In this document: positions 15,873 to 25,082 of the stretch, in pieces | Numbering within the stretch: the stretch's first letter is position 1 | Layout of the letters: each line of letters opens with the position of its first letter | DNA from: a virus | Virus record (IMG/VR): IMGVR_UViG_3300037246_000990 | Location: 55,600 to 119,599 of that record | DNA length: 64,000 nucleotides | Strand: one strand, 5' to 3' | Made by a program: the position numbers and the translations under genes | Notes under the pieces: model-generated | Told to the model about the DNA's origin: nothing | Seen by the model: the letters and a program-made list of their open reading frames with translations, nothing else | The model's database searches: none

Positions 15873-18442
15873 CAGAAAGTTGTAAATTGAGCTGTGACGG
15901 CCAACCGGCCTGTAAGCTAGGGTCGCTGACCAAGCAGGTCCAGGTCGCGGGCCATAACCTGCTCTACACCCCTAGGACGTCGAATCTAGAGGCCCCAGTA
16001 CCCCACAAAGTCATGATTGTGGTGAAATCTCCTGATAACAAGGACATTGGGACCCTGGGCAAGGGCCGAAACATTGAGAAGTTGAAGGAGCTACTGGCCC
16101 TCGCAACCCTAGATGAGAGCGATGTCTACGTCACGGGGCTGGTCAAGTGCTCGCCGCCAAAGCGACCGCCCTCGGTACAGGAGATCCTAGCTTGCATGGG
16201 GCATCTGGGCGATGAGCTGAAGGCCGTGGACCCTGACGTGGTGGTACTTATGGGGGCAGCTACCCTCCGTGCCTTCAACCTGATGGGGGAGGGCGGCGTT
16301 AATAAGCTGCACGGAAAGATCATTGAGAAAGCTTTTCCTCATGACGACACCAATGACAAGGTGTACAAACTCATGGTTACAACCGATCCCAACGCCCTGT
16401 ACATGAACCCTGACCCGCGCCTCCAGGGCACAATGGTCAAGGACCTGATCCTCGCCAAGGCTGTGGTTGAGGGCGACCTCGTCAACCCACACCAGCAGGA
16501 CGTGGACTACAAGCTGATCGACAACCTCGCTGACCTAGACTGGATGGTGAAGCAGATCCGGAGGAAGGGAATGTTCGCCTTTGACTCTGAGTCACGGGGC
16601 CTACCCTGGAGCGAGCAACCCCTAATCTGCTTGCAGTTCTGCTGGGGTTACAATGAGGATACTCAGACAGTGGCAGTGCTGCCCTTCTACAACCACGATC
16701 CGGATGGCACGGATTGGAAGTTGAAGGCCCGGTGGTCTGCTTTTGGGTACCGGGGTCGGATCATAGAAAAGCTGAAGGAGATCTTTGAAGACCCCAACAT
16801 CCCGAAGGTCGCCCACAACATCAAGTACGACATGTGCGTGATGCGGAAGCACCTCGGCATAGAGACTAAGGGCTTCCTGTTCGACACCCTGCTTCTCCAT
16901 CACGTCCTGTGGGAGCACCCGCCGCATGACCTTGAGTACCTCGCTGACCTAGAGCTGAACACAGGCAACTACAGTAAAGCAGTCCACGACATCACAGGTC
17001 ATGGTAGGGTGCTACGGAACACCTATGATCACGTACCTGATGAGATCCTCCATCCCTACGGGGCCAAGGATGCTGAGAGTACGTATCGTTTGTTCTGCCG
17101 GTACTACTCCAGGCTGCAGAACCTACCGGACCAGTGGCAGCTATACACGGATGAGGTGCATCCCTTCATCCGCACCATGATGAAGGCTGAGTGGAAGGGC
17201 ACTCGTTTGTCTACAGACGTGATCGACACACTGACCGAGGAGTTCGTGAAGGAGCAGGCTGAGCTGTCTATCAGCCTCAAGAAACGGACGTGGCCTGAGT
17301 TCAACGGCGACAAGTCAGATGATGTGGCTAAGGCCATCATCCAGGCTGGGTACGGGAGGGATATAGAGACCCCCAAGACCACCCAAGGCTACAGCACTGA
17401 CAAATCTAAGCTGCTGCCCCTCATCAAGAAGCTCCCCATCGTGGAGGAGTTCATGAGGTACCGCTCGCTCACCAAGCTGATCAGTACCTACATGAACAAC
17501 GCCAAGGATATGAGTGGGTCTGCTGATGGTAGGGCTAGGATCAGTGTGCTGCTGCATGGTACTGTTAATGGTCGGCCTTCCTGCGCTTTCCTTCACCAGA
17601 TTCCTCGCCTTGATTGGGAGCGTATCAAGAAAGGCCTGGGCAACCTGAGGGACATGTTCATAGCTCAAGAGGGCTACAGCATGGTCTATGGGGACTTTTC
17701 TCAAATTGAATTGGTTGTCCTCGCCATCAAGTCAGGCGATGAGAACATGATGGAGATCTTCCGATCAGGCCAGGACATCCACAAGGCCACGGCTGCTCAG
17801 TTCGTAGGGCTTGAGGACGATCAGGTCTGTGCCCACAACCGTGACCTCGCCAAGCCCGTCAACTTCAGTAGGGTGTACGGTGCGGTGGAAGGGCGCTCGC
17901 TGATGAAGCTGACGTGGATGGACCTGGAAGGAAACGAGTGGCCTGTGACGAAGGAGATGATACAGGACGGGTACGCTGCGCTGGACGAACGGTTTCCTGC
18001 TGCGGGTGAGTACTTCATCAACACGGTGGCTGAGATCTCAGCTAACGCTGGCATCCACGTCACTCCGTTTGGTAGGGTCAAGCACATGGGCAGCACCCTC
18101 AACTCAGGCAACAAGTGGGCGAGGGAGAACGCTGAGCGACAGGCAGTGAACGGCACCATCCAGTCACCGGCTGCATCGGTGACTATCCGTACCCTTAACG
18201 CCATGAACGCGTACCTTGAGGAGCAGATCAAGGTAGGTCTCATGACGGAAGAGGAAGCGGCCCTCATCATCACGGTGCATGACTCCGGGTTGTTTGAGGT
18301 GAAGAACGAACACCTGGGTTGGTTCGAAGATAAGCTACGTGAGATCTCGAATCGTCCCGTACCCCAGCTCGACAACTGGCGCTTCACCATGAAGGTGGGC
18401 ATCGGGCAGAGCTGGTCGGAGGCAGAACTCAATGCAAAATAA
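15869..18442 (+). CDS. Family A DNA polymerase with N-terminal UDG-like domain and 3'-5' exonuclease
   Basis: UDG4-like LVKCSPP..EILAC..VVVLMG; exonuclease FDSE, AHNIKYD and YGAKDA; polymerase DFSQIE, AKPVNF..YG, NGTIQS and VHDS. Confidence 0.95.
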   Translation: MTESCKLSCDGQPACKLGSLTKQVQVAGHNLLYTPRTSNLEAPVPHKVMIVVKSPDNKDIGTLGKGRNIEKLKELLALATLDESDVYVTGLVKCSPPKRPPSVQEILACMGHLGDELKAVDPDVVVLMGAATLRAFNLMGEGGVNKLHGKIIEKAFPHDDTNDKVYKLMVTTDPNALYMNPDPRLQGTMVKDLILAKAVVEGDLVNPHQQDVDYKLIDNLADLDWMVKQIRRKGMFAFDSESRGLPWSEQPLICLQFCWGYNEDTQTVAVLPFYNHDPDGTDWKLKARWSAFGYRGRIIEKLKEIFEDPNIPKVAHNIKYDMCVMRKHLGIETKGFLFDTLLLHHVLWEHPPHDLEYLADLELNTGNYSKAVHDITGHGRVLRNTYDHVPDEILHPYGAKDAESTYRLFCRYYSRLQNLPDQWQLYTDEVHPFIRTMMKAEWKGTRLSTDVIDTLTEEFVKEQAELSISLKKRTWPEFNGDKSDDVAKAIIQAGYGRDIETPKTTQGYSTDKSKLLPLIKKLPIVEEFMRYRSLTKLISTYMNNAKDMSGSADGRARISVLLHGTVNGRPSCAFLHQIPRLDWERIKKGLGNLRDMFIAQEGYSMVYGDFSQIELVVLAIKSGDENMMEIFRSGQDIHKATAAQFVGLEDDQVCAHNRDLAKPVNFSRVYGAVEGRSLMKLTWMDLEGNEWPVTKEMIQDGYAALDERFPAAGEYFINTVAEISANAGIHVTPFGRVKHMGSTLNSGNKWARENAERQAVNGTIQSPAASVTIRTLNAMNAYLEEQIKVGLMTEEEAALIITVHDSGLFEVKNEHLGWFEDKLREISNRPVPQLDNWRFTMKVGIGQSWSEAELNAK

Positions 18443-18602
18443 ACCGAAGGCATCGCTAATCACAACAGGTATGGTTGCAGGTGTAGCAGGGCTCGTCACT
18501 TTGGGGATAAACGCACCTTTGTTAATGGGCGGACTTGTGATCGCAGCGCTTGTAGTGGGTGTGTATCTTTTGATACTAGAAGGTTTAGAGTCAAAGAGCT
18601 AG
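18432..18602 (+). CDS. 56-aa two-TM membrane microprotein
   Basis: Manual translation MQNKPKASLITTGMVAGVAGLVTLGINAPLLMGGLVIAALVVGVYLLILEGLESKS. Confidence 0.5.
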   Translation: MQNKPKASLITTGMVAGVAGLVTLGINAPLLMGGLVIAALVVGVYLLILEGLESKS

Positions 18603-18612
18603 GAGAAGTATA

Positions 18613-18912
18613 ATGGATAACGAAACAGACAGCAAAGCAACACACTACATGGCAACAGTATCAATCAACATGGGGTGGCAATGCCCTGTGTGCGACAAGT
18701 GCTACGCTCCCTGGGTTCCTAAGTGTGAGGATTGTGGCTCAGGTTCAGACTTCACCGTCAAATACAACGATAACATGGCAGGGTGCGAGCACATCTGGAG
18801 CCCTAACTCGCAGACCATAATGGGTGTCTTCTGTATCTACTGTGGCCACCCGCAGACACCCCCAGCAGCTTCGGGGAACGTATGCTCAAACGAAGGAGAA
18901 GTAAATGGTTGA
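18613..18912 (+). CDS. Cys-rich hypothetical (GWQCPVC..YAPWV..C)
   Basis: AGGAG RBS and zinc-ribbon motifs. Confidence 0.65.
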   Translation: MDNETDSKATHYMATVSINMGWQCPVCDKCYAPWVPKCEDCGSGSDFTVKYNDNMAGCEHIWSPNSQTIMGVFCIYCGHPQTPPAASGNVCSNEGEVNG

Positions 18913-19366
18913 AGTAACAGTGGAATACTTGGAAGAAGGCCAGTGGGTCGCCAACTCAGTGGAGCTAGACACCGATAGTGACCTAGCTCTCAGTGATGAA
19001 ACCCTTAACAAGGACATGTGCGCGCTCCCTAAGCGTATTGCACACTACGCTGAGGTGGCGGCTGAGTGTCATGCCTATGCCTCTCGTAAGAAGAACGAGG
19101 TGGAGGTGGTAGAAGCTGAGGTGGCACAGGCACTTAGGATCGAAGCTGCTCAAAACAAGCTGAAGATCACGGAGGCTGGTATCCGAGAGCATGTCGTCCA
19201 GCAGGTTGAGGTGACTGAGGCACGCCATGCCTCATACAAGGCACAGGCTCAATACACCATGGTTGATGGCTTCTACAGGGCCCTGCGAGAGATGGCATCC
19301 CTGGCTATCGCCCTGTGCTACAAGCAGAAGGAGGAGATTCGGGTCCTAAATAGCCCATTGGAATAG
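18905..19366 (+). CDS. Helical protein, possibly a UvsY-like recombination mediator
   Basis: Coiled-coil character, KITEAGI motif, located near SSB and RecA. Confidence 0.5.
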   Translation: MVEVTVEYLEEGQWVANSVELDTDSDLALSDETLNKDMCALPKRIAHYAEVAAECHAYASRKKNEVEVVEAEVAQALRIEAAQNKLKITEAGIREHVVQQVEVTEARHASYKAQAQYTMVDGFYRALREMASLAIALCYKQKEEIRVLNSPLE

Positions 19367-19396
19367 GTTGCAATCTTTGGAAAGAAAAGCTATAAT
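19367..19396 (+). promoter_or_regulatory. Conserved promoter element copy B (near-identical)
   Basis: GTTGCAATCTTTGGAAAGAAAAGCTATAAT. Confidence 0.85.
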
Positions 19397-19433
19397 TGAA
19401 TCATAACCAATTCGTCAACGACGACGATACTGA

Positions 19434-19631
19434 ATGAGGAGAAACATGGGCATTGCATTATCGATAGAGATATACGAAGACAGAGTACAACCAGGGCTAT
19501 TCCGTTGGGTTTTTCTTGACTCCTCCGGAGACAAACACGGTCCTTCTGTGGGGTTCACATCCCGTTGGGAGGCGAAGGCTGATGTTGAAAGGATTCTTGC
19601 TACACATATGGATAAGAAGGGAGGCAAATAA
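19434..19631 (+). CDS. Small hypothetical protein
   Basis: First ORF after promoter copy B; TAATG coupling to the next ORF. Confidence 0.5.
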   Translation: MRRNMGIALSIEIYEDRVQPGLFRWVFLDSSGDKHGPSVGFTSRWEAKADVERILATHMDKKGGK

Positions 19632-19843
19632 TGTCTGAAGAACTAAGGAAGATAGCAGAAGATCTGCAAAAGCATTACGCTCGCCTAAGCGTCTTGGCGG
19701 CGGAAAGCCTAGAGCAGACTAGAAAGAATTCCGGAGCAGGCTACTGCTGGTCTATCAAAGATGCAGCAAATGATTGCTTTAATAGTGCCGTGTGCCTACA
19801 AAGCCATGCAGACAACCTGGACCTGGATAAGGGAGACAACTAA
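19631..19843 (+). CDS. Small hypothetical protein
   Basis: GGAG RBS and TAATG overlaps on both sides. Confidence 0.55.
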   Translation: MSEELRKIAEDLQKHYARLSVLAAESLEQTRKNSGAGYCWSIKDAANDCFNSAVCLQSHADNLDLDKGDN

Positions 19844-20031
19844 TGGAAGGGAAACGAAAGTTCAATCGTATGGTCTGGTGGAAGCAGTTGTTCCCTCGAA
19901 CCCTATACACTATTTATCGAGACGAGCAAGAAGGCGGCAGGCGCTACTTTTCCATCTGGCGACAGTGGATGAACCGGGCTTACGACTTCCGTCGTATACC
20001 TGTAGCTGAACAGGACGAGGGAGACAAATAA
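19843..20031 (+). CDS. Small hypothetical protein
   Basis: GGAG RBS and TAATG overlaps on both sides. Confidence 0.55.
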   Translation: MEGKRKFNRMVWWKQLFPRTLYTIYRDEQEGGRRYFSIWRQWMNRAYDFRRIPVAEQDEGDK

Positions 20032-20765
20032 TGGAAGATGAAAACGGCCTGCCCGCAGGCTTTGGTGAGGTGGACAAGGACTTTCAGCGCGAGGCATACG
20101 AAGAGTCCAAGAAGATCAGAGATAGTGGTGATGGGAAGACCCTCTTCCTGAAGTCGGGGATGACCCACCTACGTATCCTCCCTCCGGTCAAGGGTGCCAA
20201 GTCATGGTTCCGTGCGTACAAAGAGCATGGGCTCAGGACCGATGGGAAGTACGGGACGTTCACTTGCCCTACGTCGATTGACGACAGCGAGTGCCCCATC
20301 TGTGAGGTAGGTAAGGAACTGTACGAGGCGAAGGGAGACACGAACATCAAGAAGGCTAAGAAACTGTACGCGAAGCAAGCCTACTTGTACAACGCCTACG
20401 TGTACAGCTCTCCGGACGGCAAGACTCTAGCTGATGGTATCTTCACTGTTAAGTCCGGGTCAATGGTGTTCAAGCAGTTCATGGAGTACGACAACGATCC
20501 GGCAGGCGATTGGGGTGATATCTCCAACATCGCCAGCGGTGTTGAGCTGAAGGTTACACGCACCGGCAAGGGTCGGTTCGATACTGAGTACGGGGTTATG
20601 GGCGTGCCTGCACGGTCTAACATCGTGGACCAGGTGACCGCGAAAGGCGTGGACTTTGGTGAGCCCACTGATCTGACTGAGGTATACCCTCCGCTTTCTT
20701 ATGATGAGTTGGCGGATGTGTACGCGAAGTCGGACAACGCTACTCAGGAAGCTGTAGTAGAATAA
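20031..20765 (+). CDS. gp32-like single-stranded DNA-binding protein
   Basis: LRILPP, H..C..CPIC zinc site, YLYNAYV and acidic tail; upstream of RecA. Confidence 0.8.
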   Translation: MEDENGLPAGFGEVDKDFQREAYEESKKIRDSGDGKTLFLKSGMTHLRILPPVKGAKSWFRAYKEHGLRTDGKYGTFTCPTSIDDSECPICEVGKELYEAKGDTNIKKAKKLYAKQAYLYNAYVYSSPDGKTLADGIFTVKSGSMVFKQFMEYDNDPAGDWGDISNIASGVELKVTRTGKGRFDTEYGVMGVPARSNIVDQVTAKGVDFGEPTDLTEVYPPLSYDELADVYAKSDNATQEAVVE

Positions 20766-20770
20766 GGTCT

Positions 20771-20822
20771 GGTGGGGTGGTGCCTTTGAGTCGAGACCAT
20801 TGGTCAGGGCCACCCCGCCTTT
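20771..20822 (+). terminator. GC-rich stem-loop followed by TTT (terminator/attenuator candidate)
   Basis: GGTGGGGTGG (20771-80) pairs with CCACCCCGCC (20810-19); short U tract. Confidence 0.5.
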
Positions 20823-20837
20823 CCGCCGGGAGATTAA

Positions 20838-21896
20838 ATGAATAGCTTCGACAACATGTTCAAAGCGGTAGTCAAGAAGACAAAGAAAGATCCCAACACA
20901 GCCGTGTTCAAACCAGGCGACATCAACATCAAGAGCAACATCCCCTGGAGTATTCGCACTGGAATACCTGAGCTAGACTTCAACATGGGGAAACCAGGCT
21001 GGCCTGCAGGCCGGTGTGTTGAGCTGTACGGATTTGAACACAGTGGTAAAACAACATTAGGGTATCATGCCATTGCCGAAGCGCAGCGCATGAGAGGTAG
21101 CGCGTGGTTCCTTGACACAGAGAAGTCGTGGGATGAGCTACGAGCGATGGACTGTGGTGTAGACCCTGATTATCATCTAGGTATCGGCGACCCCGACTCA
21201 GTGGACGCTATGTTCCGACAGATCCAGTACATCATTGAGGCAAGAGAAGAAGACAACGACGGCAAACCGCTGGTCATCGTAGTTGACTCCGTCACTGGCG
21301 CTGCTACTGAAGGTATGAAGGCTAAGACCATCGGCGAGATTGAGAAGATTGCACAGGATGCCAAGGCTATCCGTGGGGGTATCCGTCGTATTCAGCCTGA
21401 TATCGCAGGGCTCAACATCAACCTGTTCATGATCAATCATGCGACAGCCAACATCACAGCCAACAAGTACGCCAAGCAGAGTGACTCGTCTGGGGGGCAC
21501 TCTATCAAGCTGGCTGCTACTGTACGTTGTTCGATGAAGCATGCAGGGTGGATTACAGACACGGACAAGATCAAGCGGCTCGGCCAGAAGATCAGCCTTA
21601 AAATAGAAAAGCTGAAGGGGTCTCAATTAGATTACCCTGAAGTGCAGGACACCCCGCTGCTCAACACAGTGGGCTTTGACACGACTGAGAGCCTACTACG
21701 TGCTGGTATAAAGGCGGGTTGGGTGGAACATAAGAAGGGCTCCCAGGCTTACAAGCTATACGATGAGGAGTTCGACCGGAAGTCGTGGCCCGCACTTGTG
21801 TTTGGCCGTGGTGGGATTGATGCAGCATACACAGAGTGGATCGATTGGTGCATCGAGGATGGGTGCATGACTAGGTGGGGAAGGGGTCTCGAATGA
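20838..21896 (+). CDS. recA: RecA/UvsX-like recombinase
   Basis: GWPAGRCVELYGFEHSGKTT, DTEKS, VVDSV, INH and SSGGH motifs. Confidence 0.9.
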   Translation: MNSFDNMFKAVVKKTKKDPNTAVFKPGDINIKSNIPWSIRTGIPELDFNMGKPGWPAGRCVELYGFEHSGKTTLGYHAIAEAQRMRGSAWFLDTEKSWDELRAMDCGVDPDYHLGIGDPDSVDAMFRQIQYIIEAREEDNDGKPLVIVVDSVTGAATEGMKAKTIGEIEKIAQDAKAIRGGIRRIQPDIAGLNINLFMINHATANITANKYAKQSDSSGGHSIKLAATVRCSMKHAGWITDTDKIKRLGQKISLKIEKLKGSQLDYPEVQDTPLLNTVGFDTTESLLRAGIKAGWVEHKKGSQAYKLYDEEFDRKSWPALVFGRGGIDAAYTEWIDWCIEDGCMTRWGRGLE

Positions 21897-22240
21897 GTAG
21901 GCGTACTAGCTATGAGATTTTCCAAACGATGTCACTAACAGGCAACATAAAAGAAATAAAGCTTTATGTTGACGGGGCTTGGAGTCTCTATGGCAGACCA
22001 TCTACTTGGGGGTTGGATAATCTTATGAAGTCTTATTTTATCCATGATTGCCCTAACTATAAGAAGAGCATATGGTATCATTATTGGATTAACTATCTGG
22101 GCGAGGAAAAGCAGAGTACTCTCTTCGATATTGATTGCCAGGAGTGCAACACATCAGCACCCCAAGGACTTCAAGCACTCTGGCGTTTTCATAGCTTTGG
22201 GTGTGAAACAGCTCTTATCTTTATGGAGAAGACTACATGA
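21893..22240 (+). CDS. Small HxC/CxxC-P zinc-finger protein (copy 8)
   Basis: KLYVDGAWSL..IHDC..CQECNTSAPQGLQALWRF; ATGA overlaps on both sides. Confidence 0.65.
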   Translation: MSRRTSYEIFQTMSLTGNIKEIKLYVDGAWSLYGRPSTWGLDNLMKSYFIHDCPNYKKSIWYHYWINYLGEEKQSTLFDIDCQECNTSAPQGLQALWRFHSFGCETALIFMEKTT

Positions 22241-23295
22241 AGATCCTGATCTTTGCAGACCTACACCTCCACAATCATGTCTACGGGGCTACCATTGTAG
22301 ATTATCCTTCATGGAATTTCATGGGTATAAATTCTAGACTGCTTGATGGGTTCAAGGTATTTGAGCAAATCTGTGCCTACCTCAAAGACAACCCAGTAGA
22401 TGAGATTGTGTTCTGCGGAGATACATTTCATACACACGGGAAGATAGACGCTGGTGTGTTAAGGGTGGCGTACGAGGGGTGGGAGACAATCATGCAGTAC
22501 CACAATAAGAAGTACCATGCATACGCCATTGTGGGCAACCACGATACAGCGGACAAGTCCATGAACACTCACGCTTTGCACTGGCTGGATGCGCTAGGTA
22601 TCAACGTCATCAACACGGCTTGTCATAATGAGTTCAACGGTCTACCTAGGAAGCTCAGCTTCTTGTCATACACTGAGAATGTGGAGGTGATCGAGCAGTT
22701 CTTCAAGGACGCAGTGAAAAAGGGCGGCAACCCTGTCTGCTTCATGCATGCTGGGATCGATGGCGTGCCTATGAAGTCGGGGTTCGTACCCGGCTCAGCG
22801 TTCAACACGGATATGATACCTGATGGCGTGCAGCATGTGTTCGCAGGGCACTATCATCCTTACAGGATGGTGACGGACAAGGCCACAGTCCCAGGCTCAC
22901 CGCTCCAGTTGAACTGGGCTGATGAGGAGGATACCCGAGGCTTCATCGTTTACGACACAGATACAGGCGAGCAGGATTTTCATCCCATCAAAGCACCGAA
23001 GTTCGTGACAGTAGACATGGATGATCCAGGGTGTGGGTTCTCTCTTGGTTATAGACTACAAGGCAACTTTATTCGTGTGGTCAACCATGACCACTTCAAG
23101 CAGGAAGAACTACGAGAAGAGTTTACGGGGGCAGGTGCAAGATCCGTGGAGTTCGTCGTGAAGATAAAGGAGGTTGACCGGCTGCAGCCCCTTAGTAGCG
23201 ACGGGCTCCACATCCCCGAGGCAATCAGAGAGTACGAAGAGCAGAAGGAAGTAACGTTGGAACGTCGCAAGGTAGGGGAGGAGTTAAGGAAATGA
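22237..23295 (+). CDS. SbcD/Mre11/gp47-like metallophosphoesterase nuclease
   Basis: ADLH, GDTFH, GNHD and GHYH motifs. Confidence 0.9.
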   Translation: MKILIFADLHLHNHVYGATIVDYPSWNFMGINSRLLDGFKVFEQICAYLKDNPVDEIVFCGDTFHTHGKIDAGVLRVAYEGWETIMQYHNKKYHAYAIVGNHDTADKSMNTHALHWLDALGINVINTACHNEFNGLPRKLSFLSYTENVEVIEQFFKDAVKKGGNPVCFMHAGIDGVPMKSGFVPGSAFNTDMIPDGVQHVFAGHYHPYRMVTDKATVPGSPLQLNWADEEDTRGFIVYDTDTGEQDFHPIKAPKFVTVDMDDPGCGFSLGYRLQGNFIRVVNHDHFKQEELREEFTGAGARSVEFVVKIKEVDRLQPLSSDGLHIPEAIREYEEQKEVTLERRKVGEELRK

Positions 23296-25082
23296 AACTG
23301 CTGAACTTGCACGCCCACAACGTCTTCAGCATCGGGACCATCGATCTCGACCTCACGGGCAAAGGGTTGGTGTTGGTCACAGGGTGGAGCAACGATGAGA
23401 ACACCGGGAACATGGCGGGTAAATCCTGCGTGGCTAACCGGACCATTGTGTGGGGGTTGTATGGTCGGACGGTGGACGGTATCAAGGCCGACGATGTCAT
23501 CAACACCAGCATCAAGAACGCCAAGCACTGCGGCGTGCGGATCCATTTTGAAGGGATTGATGGTAAGGAGTACCGGATCTATCGGGCACGCAAGCCGAAC
23601 TGTCTGGTGCTCAGTATCAAGAACGCCTTCGAAGAGGTGTGGACAGATTTGTCGAAGAGGAACGAGAAGGATACCCAAGAGCTTATCAATGCACTGTTGG
23701 GGCGAGACCACAAAACATTCATCCAATCGGACTTCTTTGGGCAAGGGAGGGAGCGGTCTTTTCTGGCACTGCCGGGTAGCGAGCAGAAGGCGGTGGTAGA
23801 AGAGATCCTCCCCCTCAACTCTCTTGAGAAGTGGAAAGACAAGGCGAAGGAAGAGTTGAAGCTAGTGGAGGAGCGTGTCGAAGCAGCAGAGATCGAGCAG
23901 TGCATGTCTCATGAGCGAAAGAGAACCGCTCTCTCCCACTACCACACTCTCCAGTCGCAGGAAGCAGGGTGGAATACCAACAACGCAATCGAACTCAATC
24001 AAGCGCAGAAGGAGCTGAATAAGATCCTCTGCATTACCGAAAACATCGAGGATGAGATTGAGGTACTGAAGGAGTCAATCCCTGGAACGCCAGCGAGAAC
24101 GCTAGAAGAGCAGATTGTTATTGAAAGAGTGTTGAGTCAGTCGATCAATTCCCTTGGGTATAGGATTGATACCCTCACAGGGGATATCGACCGTCGTGCC
24201 TCTCGCCCTGAGATATGCGTGAGTTGTGAGCAGACACTACCGAAGGAGCGGGTCGAGCTGAACGCCGAGGCTTTGAAGAATGACAGGGCTAAGCGAGAGG
24301 AACTGATCGCAGAGCGGGGTGAGAAGGAAGCCAAGCAGTACCTCGCTGCCTCCTATATAGCGATCTGCCATGAGATTCAAGGGCTAGAGGTGAGCGTCAA
24401 GGTTAAAAGCCAGCGGGCAGCACTGGAAGAGAAAGTTAGAATACTCGTCAATGCCACTAACCCGTTTGCTCATCTCGTCTACGTCGCCGACAAACAGGTG
24501 AAAGCAGAACAGATCATAAATGAGGAGACGGAGCTTCAGGTTCTTGAGATGGCAGAGGAGAGAGAACACTACCGATTCTGGGCCAACGCTTTCGGTCATG
24601 ACTTGAAGACGATGATCTTCAATCAGGTGTGTCCCTACCTTGAGCGACAGACGAACCAGTACCTTCGTGACTTGGACAACGCTCAAATCAAGGTCAAGTT
24701 TCGCACAGTCAAGCTGCTGAAGTCAGGCGATGCCCGTGACCAGTTCTGTGTGACCGCAGCGTCGGACACAGGCAGCAAGGTATTCGAGCTGTTCAGTGGA
24801 GCAGAGAAACAGCTCACCAGTTTCGCAGTAGGCATGGCTCTCTCAGATCTAGCGGGGATGCAAGTGGAGGGGGCATCCTCGTTTATGATCCTCGATGAGC
24901 CCTTCTTGTATCAGAGCCCTGAGAACTGTGAGCGTATCATCAACTTCATTACCACCCATTTAGTGTCCGGTGGTGAGGGTGGTAAAACGGTACTACTTAT
25001 ATCCAATGAGGATAACTTAGTGAACCTAGTGCATGATCGAGTACATGTCGTGAAAGAGAAGGGGGTAACTTACATTGCCTAA
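23292..25082 (+). CDS. SbcC/Rad50/gp46-like ABC ATPase
   Basis: NMAGKS, coiled coil with CVSC hook, FSGAE and ILDE motifs. Confidence 0.9.
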   Translation: MKLLNLHAHNVFSIGTIDLDLTGKGLVLVTGWSNDENTGNMAGKSCVANRTIVWGLYGRTVDGIKADDVINTSIKNAKHCGVRIHFEGIDGKEYRIYRARKPNCLVLSIKNAFEEVWTDLSKRNEKDTQELINALLGRDHKTFIQSDFFGQGRERSFLALPGSEQKAVVEEILPLNSLEKWKDKAKEELKLVEERVEAAEIEQCMSHERKRTALSHYHTLQSQEAGWNTNNAIELNQAQKELNKILCITENIEDEIEVLKESIPGTPARTLEEQIVIERVLSQSINSLGYRIDTLTGDIDRRASRPEICVSCEQTLPKERVELNAEALKNDRAKREELIAERGEKEAKQYLAASYIAICHEIQGLEVSVKVKSQRAALEEKVRILVNATNPFAHLVYVADKQVKAEQIINEETELQVLEMAEEREHYRFWANAFGHDLKTMIFNQVCPYLERQTNQYLRDLDNAQIKVKFRTVKLLKSGDARDQFCVTAASDTGSKVFELFSGAEKQLTSFAVGMALSDLAGMQVEGASSFMILDEPFLYQSPENCERIINFITTHLVSGGEGGKTVLLISNEDNLVNLVHDRVHVVKEKGVTYIA

